Of a stretch of DNA of 64,000 bases, positions 37,666-46,386 are shown in pieces; positions within the stretch are counted from its first letter, which is position 1, and each line of letters begins with the position of its first letter. Source of the stretch: Candidatus Latescibacterota bacterium. Lineage in GTDB: Bacteria; Latescibacterota; UBA2968; GCA-2709665. The notes beneath the pieces were generated by a model. That model did no database searches. It saw only the letters and a program-made list of their open reading frames with translations, and had not been told where the DNA came from. A program made the position numbers and the translations under genes. The stretch covers positions 4,160,001 to 4,224,000 of the forward strand of contig OZ252100.1 in the NCBI GenBank assembly GCA_965248435.1. Direction: 5' to 3'.

Positions 37666-37694
37666 TTGACAGTGTTTTGCCCATACTTTAGATT
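37666..37694 (+). promoter_or_regulatory. Putative sigma-70 promoter of TPR-exbB unit
   Basis: TTGACA-17 bp-TAGATT. Confidence 0.55.
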
Positions 37695-37774
37695 TCCGGG
37701 CCGCTGGCCGCAATTTTTTTGAGTTAAGTCGAAGACTTTCCTCGGGTTGGGTGAATTCGATGGCGAAATTCGAG

Positions 37775-38965
37775 ATGCAGAAGAAATGGCTCCTCTTCTG
37801 GGGCTGTGCCATTTCGTGCTCCATGGTTGCCGTCGCCCCGGTCGAACCCAGGGAGGCCCAGGATGCCCAACCTCTGGAGGCGCCTGTCGATTCGGCGACA
37901 CAGTCGAAGAAGCATCTTTCGTTCGGCTACCGGTACCTGAAGAACAAGCAGCATGAGGACGCAGAATCCCAGTTCAAAAAATCTTGGGAATTTAATACGA
38001 AAAACGGCAGGGCAGCTTACTATCTTGGCCGGGTTTATTATGAAACTGAGAGGTATGAAGAAGGCGCGGAGTGGATCGGCAGGTCGATCGACCTGCTTCC
38101 GAAATCGAGCAAGAATCTGAAGAATGCCTATTACTTCCTGGGGCAGATCCACGTCATGCTGGAGAACCCCGAAGCGGCGATTCGGGCCTATGAGGCTTTA
38201 CTAACGCTTTCGAATACGCCGGAAAAAGAGATCCAATACCTGCACTTTCTGGTTAACCTCCACGTGGAGATTCAAGACTACGTCGCTGCACTCGAGTATG
38301 CCCAGCGTTGGGGCGAACTCGACCCAGAGAATCCGGATGTCCAGGAGATGATCGGGAAGCTCCATTTGCACACGGGGGGAGAGGAAGAGGCGATGGCGCA
38401 GATGGAGAAGGTGATGGAGATGAATCCCGAGGACTTCGCGACCCTGGAAGATCTGGCCGACATGTATCGCGGCAGAGGGATGCCCAAGAAGGGCTTTGAG
38501 GCGTATGAGAGGCTCCACAGACACGACCCCGAGAACTTCCTGTATCTGGACTACCTTCTCGGGCTTGGGACGACCCTGGGGCGGTCCAAGGACTTTCGGA
38601 GGGGAATCCTCCACAAAATGCTCGCGCTTCAGGCGGATAACCTGAGAGTTATCGAACAGCTGGCCGATGAGACAGGGTCTCTAACCATGGTCAACCGCGG
38701 TCTCAAGATCGATCCTGGGAATGGGAAGCTGAATTACATGAAGGGGGAACACTACTATAAAAAGTGGAAATCGACATCGTCCGATCAGGATTCTGTCCGC
38801 GCGATGGGTTGGTACAGAAAGGCCAAGCGAGACCCGCAGTGGAGGGGGAATGCACAGAGGATGATCGACGAGATCGATCCGCCCCTTACAGAAGAGGAAA
38901 AGAAGCTGCAGGAATTTTTCAAGAAGAAGAAGAAGGAAAAGGTGGATATAAAGGGTAAGAAGTAA
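37775..38965 (+). CDS. Exported tetratricopeptide repeat protein
   Basis: Signal peptide; repeated AAYYLGRVYY/AYYFLGQIH/ELDPENP TPR motifs; Lys-rich tail; start uncertain (37760 possible). Confidence 0.85.
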   Translation: MQKKWLLFWGCAISCSMVAVAPVEPREAQDAQPLEAPVDSATQSKKHLSFGYRYLKNKQHEDAESQFKKSWEFNTKNGRAAYYLGRVYYETERYEEGAEWIGRSIDLLPKSSKNLKNAYYFLGQIHVMLENPEAAIRAYEALLTLSNTPEKEIQYLHFLVNLHVEIQDYVAALEYAQRWGELDPENPDVQEMIGKLHLHTGGEEEAMAQMEKVMEMNPEDFATLEDLADMYRGRGMPKKGFEAYERLHRHDPENFLYLDYLLGLGTTLGRSKDFRRGILHKMLALQADNLRVIEQLADETGSLTMVNRGLKIDPGNGKLNYMKGEHYYKKWKSTSSDQDSVRAMGWYRKAKRDPQWRGNAQRMIDEIDPPLTEEEKKLQEFFKKKKKEKVDIKGKK

Positions 38966-38987
38966 CCCTTTGCAAAAGACTGCACCT

Positions 38988-39013
38988 TTTCAGGGGCCTA
39001 TTGTCCCTGAAAA
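38988..39013. promoter_or_regulatory. 26-bp inverted repeat box, copy 1 (upstream of exbB)
   Basis: TTTCAGGGG-cctattg-TCCCTGAAAA; identical arms and 7-nt spacer length at 42875-42900. Confidence 0.5.
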
Positions 39014-39155
39014 TTCTTTTTGGCAGGATGTTGTGTGGCCGAGTCTACCACCCCACCTCTGTCTAGCAGGATCGAATTCCCGGAAGGAAGTCGGAAACGG
39101 CGGGAGGGAATACTGAGGGTGCCACCGACAATCCAAAACTTTTAGGGGACCTGGT

Positions 39156-39785
39156 ATGATTGATCTGTTCGTAAAAGGGGGGCCCTTTATGTGGCCTCTG
39201 TTGCTGATGTTGCTCTTCGGAATCGCGGTCAGTCTGGAGCGCCTCTGGACGCTCAGTAAGGCGTCAGTGGACACCCGAAAGTTCTTTGCGGATGTCCAGG
39301 TATCGCTCAAGCAGAAAGGCCCGGAGGGCGCCGCAGAGGTCTGCTCCAACACCCCGGGACCGGTTGCTTCCGTGCTTCACGCGGGCCTCTTGCGGCTCGA
39401 TCGTGGTCTGGATCACGTGGAAAAGGCCATCGAGGAGTCGGGCTCGATCGAGATGGCCTTCCTTGAAAAGGGCATGGTCTGGCTCTCCACGGTTGCCAAC
39501 ATCGCGCCGCTGCTCGGATTCCTCGGGACCGTAAGCGGCATGATCGGGGCGTTCGAGGCGATCGCGTTAGCCGGGGACGTGGAGCCCAGCATCGTAGCCG
39601 GCGGCATCTCCGAGGCTCTGATTACGACGGCTGCGGGGCTTTGCATAGCCATACCCATTCAGGCGTTGCACAATTTCTTCGTGTCCAAGATAGACAAGCT
39701 CATCATCGCGATGCAGGAGAGCTCTGCACAGTTCATGGATGAACTGATCCTGTTGGGTTACGGAGGAGAGGAGAAGGTGGCCTAG
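39156..39785 (+). CDS. exbB: MotA/TolQ/ExbB proton channel protein
   Basis: GGPFMWPL, APLLGFLGTVSGMI, GGISEALITTAAGL. Confidence 0.92.
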   Translation: MIDLFVKGGPFMWPLLLMLLFGIAVSLERLWTLSKASVDTRKFFADVQVSLKQKGPEGAAEVCSNTPGPVASVLHAGLLRLDRGLDHVEKAIEESGSIEMAFLEKGMVWLSTVANIAPLLGFLGTVSGMIGAFEAIALAGDVEPSIVAGGISEALITTAAGLCIAIPIQALHNFFVSKIDKLIIAMQESSAQFMDELILLGYGGEEKVA

Positions 39786-40199
39786 ATGGCCAAGAAGGCA
39801 CATTTAGAACGACGGAACAAGCCTTCCGCCGAGATCCCGACCGCATCCATGGCCGATATTGCCTTCCTCCTGATCGTATTTTTTCTGGTGACCACGACCA
39901 TGAATCAGGACAAGGGAATCGGAATGCAGCTTCCGCCAGCAGGAGAACAGAAGAAAATACAGAAGAAAAACATCTGTAACGTCTGGGTCAATGTGGATGG
40001 ACAGATCCTCATCAATCTGGAAGATGAGGTGCCTTTGAATCAGTTGCGCGGAAATATCGAACGGCGACTCGGAGAAAATGACAAGCTGATCGTCTCGTTG
40101 AAGGCGTCGGACGAGACGCCCTACACGATCTTTGTCGACGTCCTGGACGAGGTCAAGCTTTCAGGCGCAACACGGATCTCTCTAGCCTCTCCGGAGTGA
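39786..40199 (+). CDS. exbD: ExbD/TolR protein
   Basis: SMADIAFLLIVFFLVTT with the conserved TM Asp. Confidence 0.9.
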   Translation: MAKKAHLERRNKPSAEIPTASMADIAFLLIVFFLVTTTMNQDKGIGMQLPPAGEQKKIQKKNICNVWVNVDGQILINLEDEVPLNQLRGNIERRLGENDKLIVSLKASDETPYTIFVDVLDEVKLSGATRISLASPE

Positions 40200-40229
40200 G
40201 TTAGCCCGTCTGCAGAGGAGGCAGACAAC

Positions 40230-40640
40230 ATGCCCGAGTTCAACAGAAAGGCGTCGGTTGGGGGCACGATTCCCACGAGCTCCATGGCGGATATCGCCTT
40301 TCTCCTTCTTATCTTCTTTATGGTGACGACGGTCTTTGTGCGCTATCGGGTAACGGGGATCGTACTGCCAAAGGCCGAGAAGATCGAGGAGATCAAGACG
40401 CGGCGGCACATCTCCTACGTATGGGTGTCCGCGGACCGCAGGATTTACATTGATGACAAGCAGGCTAAGATCAACGTCGTTGCTGGCCTGTTTTACAAAC
40501 GGCGTGTGGCAAACCCGCGTTTGATCGTGTCGCTCAAATGCGATCGAAGGGCCCCTTACGGGCTGGTCTCCAGGGTGCTTGAAGAACTGCGTAAGGCGGA
40601 CGCCCTGCGGATCAACTTCGCGACAGATAGAGAGGGGTGA
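40230..40640 (+). CDS. exbD: ExbD/TolR protein (second copy)
   Basis: SMADIAFLLLIFFMVTT, LKCDRRAPYG. Confidence 0.9.
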   Translation: MPEFNRKASVGGTIPTSSMADIAFLLLIFFMVTTVFVRYRVTGIVLPKAEKIEEIKTRRHISYVWVSADRRIYIDDKQAKINVVAGLFYKRRVANPRLIVSLKCDRRAPYGLVSRVLEELRKADALRINFATDREG

Positions 40641-41287
40641 ACGGCGTGGCGATCGTTCGAGGAAAGAATCCCGAGGCGGACCTCAAGCTAAAATATAACA
40701 GGGTCTTTTGGATCTGCGCGGCGATCTCGTTCTCCTTCCATTCGCTGATGGCGATTATTTTCCCGACGTTTGACATTGCGGCGGCGGCTCGTAGAAAAGA
40801 CCAGATCATCATCCAGATGGAGGACATTCCCGAGACGCAGCAGATCAAGCGTCCTCCGCCTCCGCCGAGGCCCGCAGAGCCCATCGAGACAGAAAGCGAA
40901 GATGTGCCGGACGACGTGACGATCGAGAGTACGGACCTCGATTTCGACGACTTTGTAGACATGGCTCCACCTCCGCCACCGGGAGGTATGGAAGAAGAAA
41001 TCATGGAGTTTTGGAAGGTCGAGCAGAAACCGGTCCCGATCAAGACTGTCGCCGCAGTCTACCCCAATATCGCACGAAAGGCGGAAATCGAGGGGAAGGT
41101 GTTCGTGCAGTTCGTCGTCGGCACGGATGGGCGTGTCAGGAACGTGCGGGTACTCAGGGGACCCGAGATCTTCAGGCAGGCGGCCATCGACGCCGTAAAG
41201 CAGTTCGTGTTCCAACCGGCGGTTCAGAATGACAAGCCTGTACAGGTTCAGATGGTGCAGCCGATCAATTTCACGCTCCGCAAGTAA
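40637..41287 (+). CDS. tonB: Energy transducer TonB
   Basis: TM with S..H motif, Pro-rich linker, YPNIARKAEIEGKVFVQFVV TonB_C. Confidence 0.9.
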   Translation: MNGVAIVRGKNPEADLKLKYNRVFWICAAISFSFHSLMAIIFPTFDIAAAARRKDQIIIQMEDIPETQQIKRPPPPPRPAEPIETESEDVPDDVTIESTDLDFDDFVDMAPPPPPGGMEEEIMEFWKVEQKPVPIKTVAAVYPNIARKAEIEGKVFVQFVVGTDGRVRNVRVLRGPEIFRQAAIDAVKQFVFQPAVQNDKPVQVQMVQPINFTLRK

Positions 41288-41446
41288 AGGGGCTGTTCCA
41301 AATTTCGTATCGAAGGGCCATTGCGGAGCACGAATCCCAATGGCCTTTTCTGTTTTTTTCGGTGCTTGACACTACTAATGGAATTGGCAATATTGTTGGG
41401 TGTTCAGATGCGTGCGTTAAATCCTTGTATTTGGTGGAGTAACAAA

Positions 41447-42655
41447 ATGAAATTCATGGTTTCCGGCCTTAGCGGCCTGCTGCTGGTTCTGCTTGTCGCA
41501 TCTTCGGCACCTGCACAGGTGTCGCCCGAATCGGCGGAAAAATACGTCGAAGGTCAAGGTCTCTTCAAGAAACGCCGGTATCAGGAGGCTCTGGGGTTGT
41601 TTGAGGAGGCGATAAAGCTGGACGGGAAGAACGCACAGGCATACCGGGCCATGGGTCTTACTTACAAAAAGCTTCGCAATTATCCGAAGGCCATGGAGTC
41701 GCTTCAAATGGCCGTGACGATCAAACCGGACTATGCATCCGCCTATTACGACTTAGGGCAAATTCAGTACCAGGCCCTGGAAAAGTACGAGGATGCCCAG
41801 TCCAGCTTCAAGCAGGTCCTCGAGATCGATCCTGCTTTTGAGGATGGCAGGGCCAGGGAATACCTGAAGGCAGCCTGTGTAAAACAGGGAAGGGCACATT
41901 ACAAACAGAGGAATTACCGGAAAGCGGCCAGAGAGTACGAGGATGCCTGCCAGCTGGATCCTTCGGATGCGCTTTCCTTTTACAACCTGGGGTTGGCCTA
42001 CCGAAAGGCTCGGAACTACAAAGAAGCCGTCGAGTCGCTGACGACGGCCATCGACTTGAACCCGCACTACGGCAAGGCCCTCAGGGCACTGGGAGATCTT
42101 TACAGGGATACGAAGAAGAACAGCCTTGCGATCAAGACCTATCGGAAGGCCATCGAAAGCGAACCTGAGAATGCAACGGCATACCGTAGCCTGTCCATCG
42201 TCTACGTGCGTAGTAAACAGCCTGACAAGGCAATACAAATCCTGCGAAGGGCGGCGAAGGTCGCTCCAAAAGACAGCAAGGTTCAATCCGCGCTTGGCTA
42301 TGCTCAAATGCAGAAGAAAGATTTCAAAAGCGCCATCAAGTCCTACCAGCTGTCGCTTTCCTTGAACGGAAACAATCCACAGGCACACTATCGTCTCGCC
42401 GACGCATACCTCGAGGCCAAGCAGTACCAACGGGCCATGTTGAGTGCAAGGAAGGCGCTTCGAAGCAAATTCTCCGTTCCGGCGAACGTGATTCTGGGCG
42501 ACGCCTACGCAGGGCTCAGGCCTGAAGGCTGGAAGGGAAAGGCTATTTCGCACTACGAGAAAGGGCTGAAGGACCGCAGGTATCAAAAGTACTGTGAAGA
42601 CAAGATAGACAGGATTGTGAATCCCATGGGGGGGGCCGAAGAAGAAGCCGAATGA
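41447..42655 (+). CDS. Exported tetratricopeptide repeat protein
   Basis: GGAG RBS, signal peptide, about ten TPR units (AYYDLG, FYNLGLAY, AHYRLA). Confidence 0.88.
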   Translation: MKFMVSGLSGLLLVLLVASSAPAQVSPESAEKYVEGQGLFKKRRYQEALGLFEEAIKLDGKNAQAYRAMGLTYKKLRNYPKAMESLQMAVTIKPDYASAYYDLGQIQYQALEKYEDAQSSFKQVLEIDPAFEDGRAREYLKAACVKQGRAHYKQRNYRKAAREYEDACQLDPSDALSFYNLGLAYRKARNYKEAVESLTTAIDLNPHYGKALRALGDLYRDTKKNSLAIKTYRKAIESEPENATAYRSLSIVYVRSKQPDKAIQILRRAAKVAPKDSKVQSALGYAQMQKKDFKSAIKSYQLSLSLNGNNPQAHYRLADAYLEAKQYQRAMLSARKALRSKFSVPANVILGDAYAGLRPEGWKGKAISHYEKGLKDRRYQKYCEDKIDRIVNPMGGAEEEAE

Positions 42656-42687
42656 GAATCCGAACAGCACGTGAGGTTGGATGGAGG

Positions 42688-42720
42688 GAGGGGGCTCTCG
42701 TGAGTCCCCTTTTCTGTTTT
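42688..42720 (+). terminator. Intrinsic terminator
   Basis: AGGGGGCTC-tcgt-GAGTCCCCT-TTTCTGTTTT. Confidence 0.7.
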
Positions 42721-42874
42721 ACGTAACTTGTATTGCTGAAATAGGGTTAAAGGCTCAAAGCCTTGGGGTCGATATAATTCATGCTCTTTTATTTCTACGT
42801 ACTTACAGTGATATCAGGCCCGATTTCCGAAGAACCCGAGGGCCGCAAGGGGTTGGCCGGCCAGCGTCGGTCGC

Positions 42875-42900
42875 TTTCAGGGGAGTCGTATCCCTGAAAA
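42875..42900. promoter_or_regulatory. 26-bp inverted repeat box, copy 2 (upstream of the acidic protein)
   Basis: TTTCAGGGG-agtcgta-TCCCTGAAAA. Confidence 0.5.
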
Positions 42901-42954
42901 CTGGCCTGCCCGAATTTCACCTCCAGAGTCGATTCAGAATTGAGGAATTGAGCC

Positions 42955-45900
42955 ATGGCTGAAGAAAGAGAGAATCAGGATCCGAATCCTCAAGCCGAGG
43001 AAGAGCCTCTGGATCAGGATATGCTTGACGGGATGATGCCGGACTCAGAAGCCGAGGAAGGCGGAGTCGAGGAGCTTGAATCCCTGCTGGCCGACCTGGA
43101 TGAGGTTTCAGAAGAGGAAGAACCAGAGGCCGAGGAAAGCATGGATGCCCTGGCCGAGGATGTTGACCGGCTTGTATCTGACTCTGACAGCCATCCAGGT
43201 GAAGGACCACCGAGAGAGGTGGATGTCAACGATCCTTTGTTTCAGGCGACACTCGCCGATGCGGAAGGGACAAGGGGGACGTCGGACTCGGAAGATGTGG
43301 CAGAGGGGGAGATGGAAGATTTGGAGTCCCTGCTGGATGATCTGGACAGTGATGCGGTCGCCTCGGAATCGGAGGCCGAAGCTGAGGATACCGGGGAAGA
43401 AGCGGCAGAAGACGCGGAGGCATTGCAGGAGGATTTGGATGATGTGGGCGAGACGGACGAGTCTGGGGATTCGGGAGCTGAGGAAATAACGGCCGAGGCA
43501 GAGGAGGAAGGTGGGGCTCTGGATTCAGAGAGTGAGGCTGTAGCCGAAGAAGCGGAAGACCTGGACTCGCTGCTGGAAGGCCTTGACGCAGCCGAAGATC
43601 CCGTAGAGGAACCGGAGGAACAGACGGAAGCACCTGTTGCAGCGCAGGAGGTGGTGGAGGCTGAGGGGGCAGCGGAAGAAGGCGTGGATCTTGAGGCTTC
43701 GCAGGAAGATGAGGAGGCGGAGGAAGTTGCAGAGCCTGTGTCAGAGTCCGAAGACGTGGATACACTGCTGGCTGGGCTTGACGACATGGAGGAAGTGGAA
43801 GAGGGAACTGAGGCCGAAGCCACGGTCGGTGAGGGAGTTGGAGAGGCAGAGGAAGAAGGTGTAGCCGACACTGCTGAAGAAGAGGGTGCGGTGCTGGAGG
43901 AGGCCGAAGGAGACGCCGAAGAGGCGGCAGTTGAAGGTGAGGCGGAGGACCTGGGCGCCTTACTCGAAGGTCTTGACGCGGATGAAGCAGGGGAAGGTGA
44001 GCAGGCTGAAGAAGTGACAGCCGAGTCAGCTGACGAGGGTGAGGCCGAAGTCGAAGCTGAAGCTGAAGGTGAAGAGGCAGCGGCTGAGTCTGCGGAGGAG
44101 GTCGAAGGGGAGGAGGAGTCGGAAGAGGCGGACGACCTGGATGCCATGCTGGAAGGCCTGGACACCGAAGAGGGCGCGGAGTCAGCCGAAGATGAAGAGG
44201 TGACGGCTGAGTCTGCGGAGGAGGTCGAAGGGGAGGCGGAGTCGGAAGAGGCGGACGACCTGGATGCTATGCTGGAAGGCCTGGACACCGAAGAGGGCGC
44301 GGAGTCAGCCGAAGATGAAGAGGTGATGGCTGAGTCTGCGGAGGAAGTCGAAGGGGAGGAGGAGTTGGAAGAGGCGGACGACCTGGATGCTATGCTGGAA
44401 GGCCTGGACACCGAAGAGGGCGCGGAACAAGCCGAAGATGAAGAGGTGACGGCTGAATCCGCGGAGGAGGTCGAAGGGGAGGAGGAATCGGAAGAGGCGG
44501 ACGACCTGGATGCCATGTTGGATGGCCTCGACGTGGAGGAAGACGCGGAGGCGGCTGAAGGCGGGGCCGAGGAGTTAGCCGAAACAGGTGACCTGGATAC
44601 TCTGCTTGAAGATCTGGACTCCGAGGATGTTTCAGAATCGTTGGAAGTCGAAGAAACGGCAGGTGAAGTGGAGGGTGACGAGGAGGTGGGTGCGGATGAC
44701 CTGGACGACCTGCTGGGGGACCTGGATACTGTCGACGAAGAGGTGGAGTCGGCCGCTGGAGAAGCGGGCGGGATGGACGAACTCGACGCCCTCTTGGAAG
44801 ACGATCTGAACGTTGGTATCGAAGAGGATGTGGACCAGATACTTACAGCGGGTGGAGATGCCCCGGCCGAAGGGGAGCTTGAAGACGAAGATATACTGGA
44901 GGATTTCGAATCGGTACAGCAGGGTCTGTTGAGGGATACAGGCGAGCATGTAAGACAAGCAACCTTGCTGATTTTTGATGATGATCCGGACAACAGAGCC
45001 TTATTTATCGACGCTCTGATGGAGGGTGGCGTTGGAGACTATGATTTCGTAGAGGTTGAGAATAGTCTCGAAGCAGGCGACGCGCTTAGCTCACAGGATG
45101 TCGACATGGTTCTGCTCAACCTGGATCTTCAGTCAGATGATCCGTTTGAGTTCCTCCAATCAGTTTCCGGTCCCGGCATGCCATCGATCTACGTTGTGGT
45201 AAGTAGCAGTCAAGTCGACCCGATCGAAAAAGCGCTTCGCATGGGCGCGAGGGACTACTTCTCCCGCCCACTTTCCGATCTTGAAAGGGAATTCCAAGTT
45301 CCACGGAAGATCGCGGATTTGCTCAAGCTCCAGGAGCTGGAACGGCTCGTTGCAGGCAAGGGCGACAGCCCAGAGGTCCCCGCCGAACCGATAGAGGACC
45401 TGGATGAGGATCTGCTGCTCGATGATTACGATGAAGACGAATCTGTCGATTTCGAAGACATCCTGCTCGGTTCAGAATCTTCTCCCACGGACACCGGAGG
45501 TGAGGGCGGCGGCGTAGGCGTAGCCGAGCGGACTCGCACGAGAGGGCGGAAGCGCGTCGTTCCCGTAAGCGACCAGGAGAAGATGGTCAAAGAGCGGGAC
45601 ATTGTCCGCGGGAAACGGCGGTCCAGCAGGCTTCCCCTGTTCTTTGGCGTCGTTGCACTTGCTACCCTATTGGTTGGAGTGAGTGGATTCGCCTACAAAT
45701 ATTTCGTTGAGATGAAGATGCAGGAATTGGCGGCTGATCGGTCCAGCCCTGCGATAAAAGCTCTGCCCGTGCTCAAACCCCCGGCCGTTCCCCAGGTAGA
45801 CTATCAAATGACCCGCTCGCGCCGGCCTACCGATTACGAGCGCCAGGCCAACGTTACGAAGCTGCGGGTCAGACAATCCGTTCAGAGTCTCGCCAGAAGC

Positions 45901-46386
45901 GGAGGGGCCTGGTGGTCACCGTGGCAGGTTCTTCGCGAGTCTGGAGGATCGGTCGAACAGGTGGTCAACGGGCGGAAGGTTTCGGATGTCCTTGAGGCGT
46001 TCGATGTAGATCGCTCAGCCGTGGAAGCGGGGCTTCGGAGTCAAAGGACACTGGATTACCTGGCCGGAGTCGGGTTCGACCTGAGGGGCAGACGTGCCGG
46101 AGACCTGAGTGCGAGGGAGACGTTCGAAGTCCTGTCGGCGCGTGAGATCAAGGACACGGAACAGATCAATGAGATCCTTTCTTCACTGATTGACAAACTT
46201 GCCGGGGACCGGTCTGCGCAGGCTCGACGGAAGGCCGAAGAGAAACGGTTGGCTGGAAAGGCCGCGCTGGATGTTCTCCGCCGAAATTCACAGTGGGCGC
46301 CAATGGGTCCCGCTCAGTCGTATCTTTCACCCCGGGTGGATGATCATAATCCCGAGTTCAATAAGGAAGTGCAACACTTAGGGTAG
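42955..46386 (+). CDS. Large acidic low-complexity protein with pseudo-receiver domain, one TM and C-terminal extracytoplasmic domain
   Basis: About 660 aa E/D/A-rich with recurring DLDxLLxxLD; receiver-like LLIFDDD..VLLNL..GARDYFSRP; TM LPLFFGVVALATLLVGVSGFAY; last codons derive from IS30. Confidence 0.8.
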   Translation: MAEERENQDPNPQAEEEPLDQDMLDGMMPDSEAEEGGVEELESLLADLDEVSEEEEPEAEESMDALAEDVDRLVSDSDSHPGEGPPREVDVNDPLFQATLADAEGTRGTSDSEDVAEGEMEDLESLLDDLDSDAVASESEAEAEDTGEEAAEDAEALQEDLDDVGETDESGDSGAEEITAEAEEEGGALDSESEAVAEEAEDLDSLLEGLDAAEDPVEEPEEQTEAPVAAQEVVEAEGAAEEGVDLEASQEDEEAEEVAEPVSESEDVDTLLAGLDDMEEVEEGTEAEATVGEGVGEAEEEGVADTAEEEGAVLEEAEGDAEEAAVEGEAEDLGALLEGLDADEAGEGEQAEEVTAESADEGEAEVEAEAEGEEAAAESAEEVEGEEESEEADDLDAMLEGLDTEEGAESAEDEEVTAESAEEVEGEAESEEADDLDAMLEGLDTEEGAESAEDEEVMAESAEEVEGEEELEEADDLDAMLEGLDTEEGAEQAEDEEVTAESAEEVEGEEESEEADDLDAMLDGLDVEEDAEAAEGGAEELAETGDLDTLLEDLDSEDVSESLEVEETAGEVEGDEEVGADDLDDLLGDLDTVDEEVESAAGEAGGMDELDALLEDDLNVGIEEDVDQILTAGGDAPAEGELEDEDILEDFESVQQGLLRDTGEHVRQATLLIFDDDPDNRALFIDALMEGGVGDYDFVEVENSLEAGDALSSQDVDMVLLNLDLQSDDPFEFLQSVSGPGMPSIYVVVSSSQVDPIEKALRMGARDYFSRPLSDLEREFQVPRKIADLLKLQELERLVAGKGDSPEVPAEPIEDLDEDLLLDDYDEDESVDFEDILLGSESSPTDTGGEGGGVGVAERTRTRGRKRVVPVSDQEKMVKERDIVRGKRRSSRLPLFFGVVALATLLVGVSGFAYKYFVEMKMQELAADRSSPAIKALPVLKPPAVPQVDYQMTRSRRPTDYERQANVTKLRVRQSVQSLARSGGAWWSPWQVLRESGGSVEQVVNGRKVSDVLEAFDVDRSAVEAGLRSQRTLDYLAGVGFDLRGRRAGDLSARETFEVLSAREIKDTEQINEILSSLIDKLAGDRSAQARRKAEEKRLAGKAALDVLRRNSQWAPMGPAQSYLSPRVDDHNPEFNKEVQHLG
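44083..44533 (+). repeat. 123-bp (41-aa) intragenic tandem repeat, about 3.7 copies
   Basis: Units start 44083, 44206, 44329, 44452: AESAEEVEGEEESEEADDLDAMLEGLDTEEGAESAEDEEVT. Confidence 0.92.

Noticed and set aside
39066-39095. CCGGAAGGAAG resembling the SRP RNA apical motif
   Set aside because: Adjacent CAGG and GCAGC elements are not in the required positions
44083-44533. 123-bp repeats as CRISPR or DGR template/variable repeats
   Set aside because: In-frame coding tandem repeats with no spacers, no reverse transcriptase and no adenine-specific variation
43242-44993. 583-aa Ser-rich minus-strand ORF
   Set aside because: Antisense shadow of the Glu/Asp-rich gene
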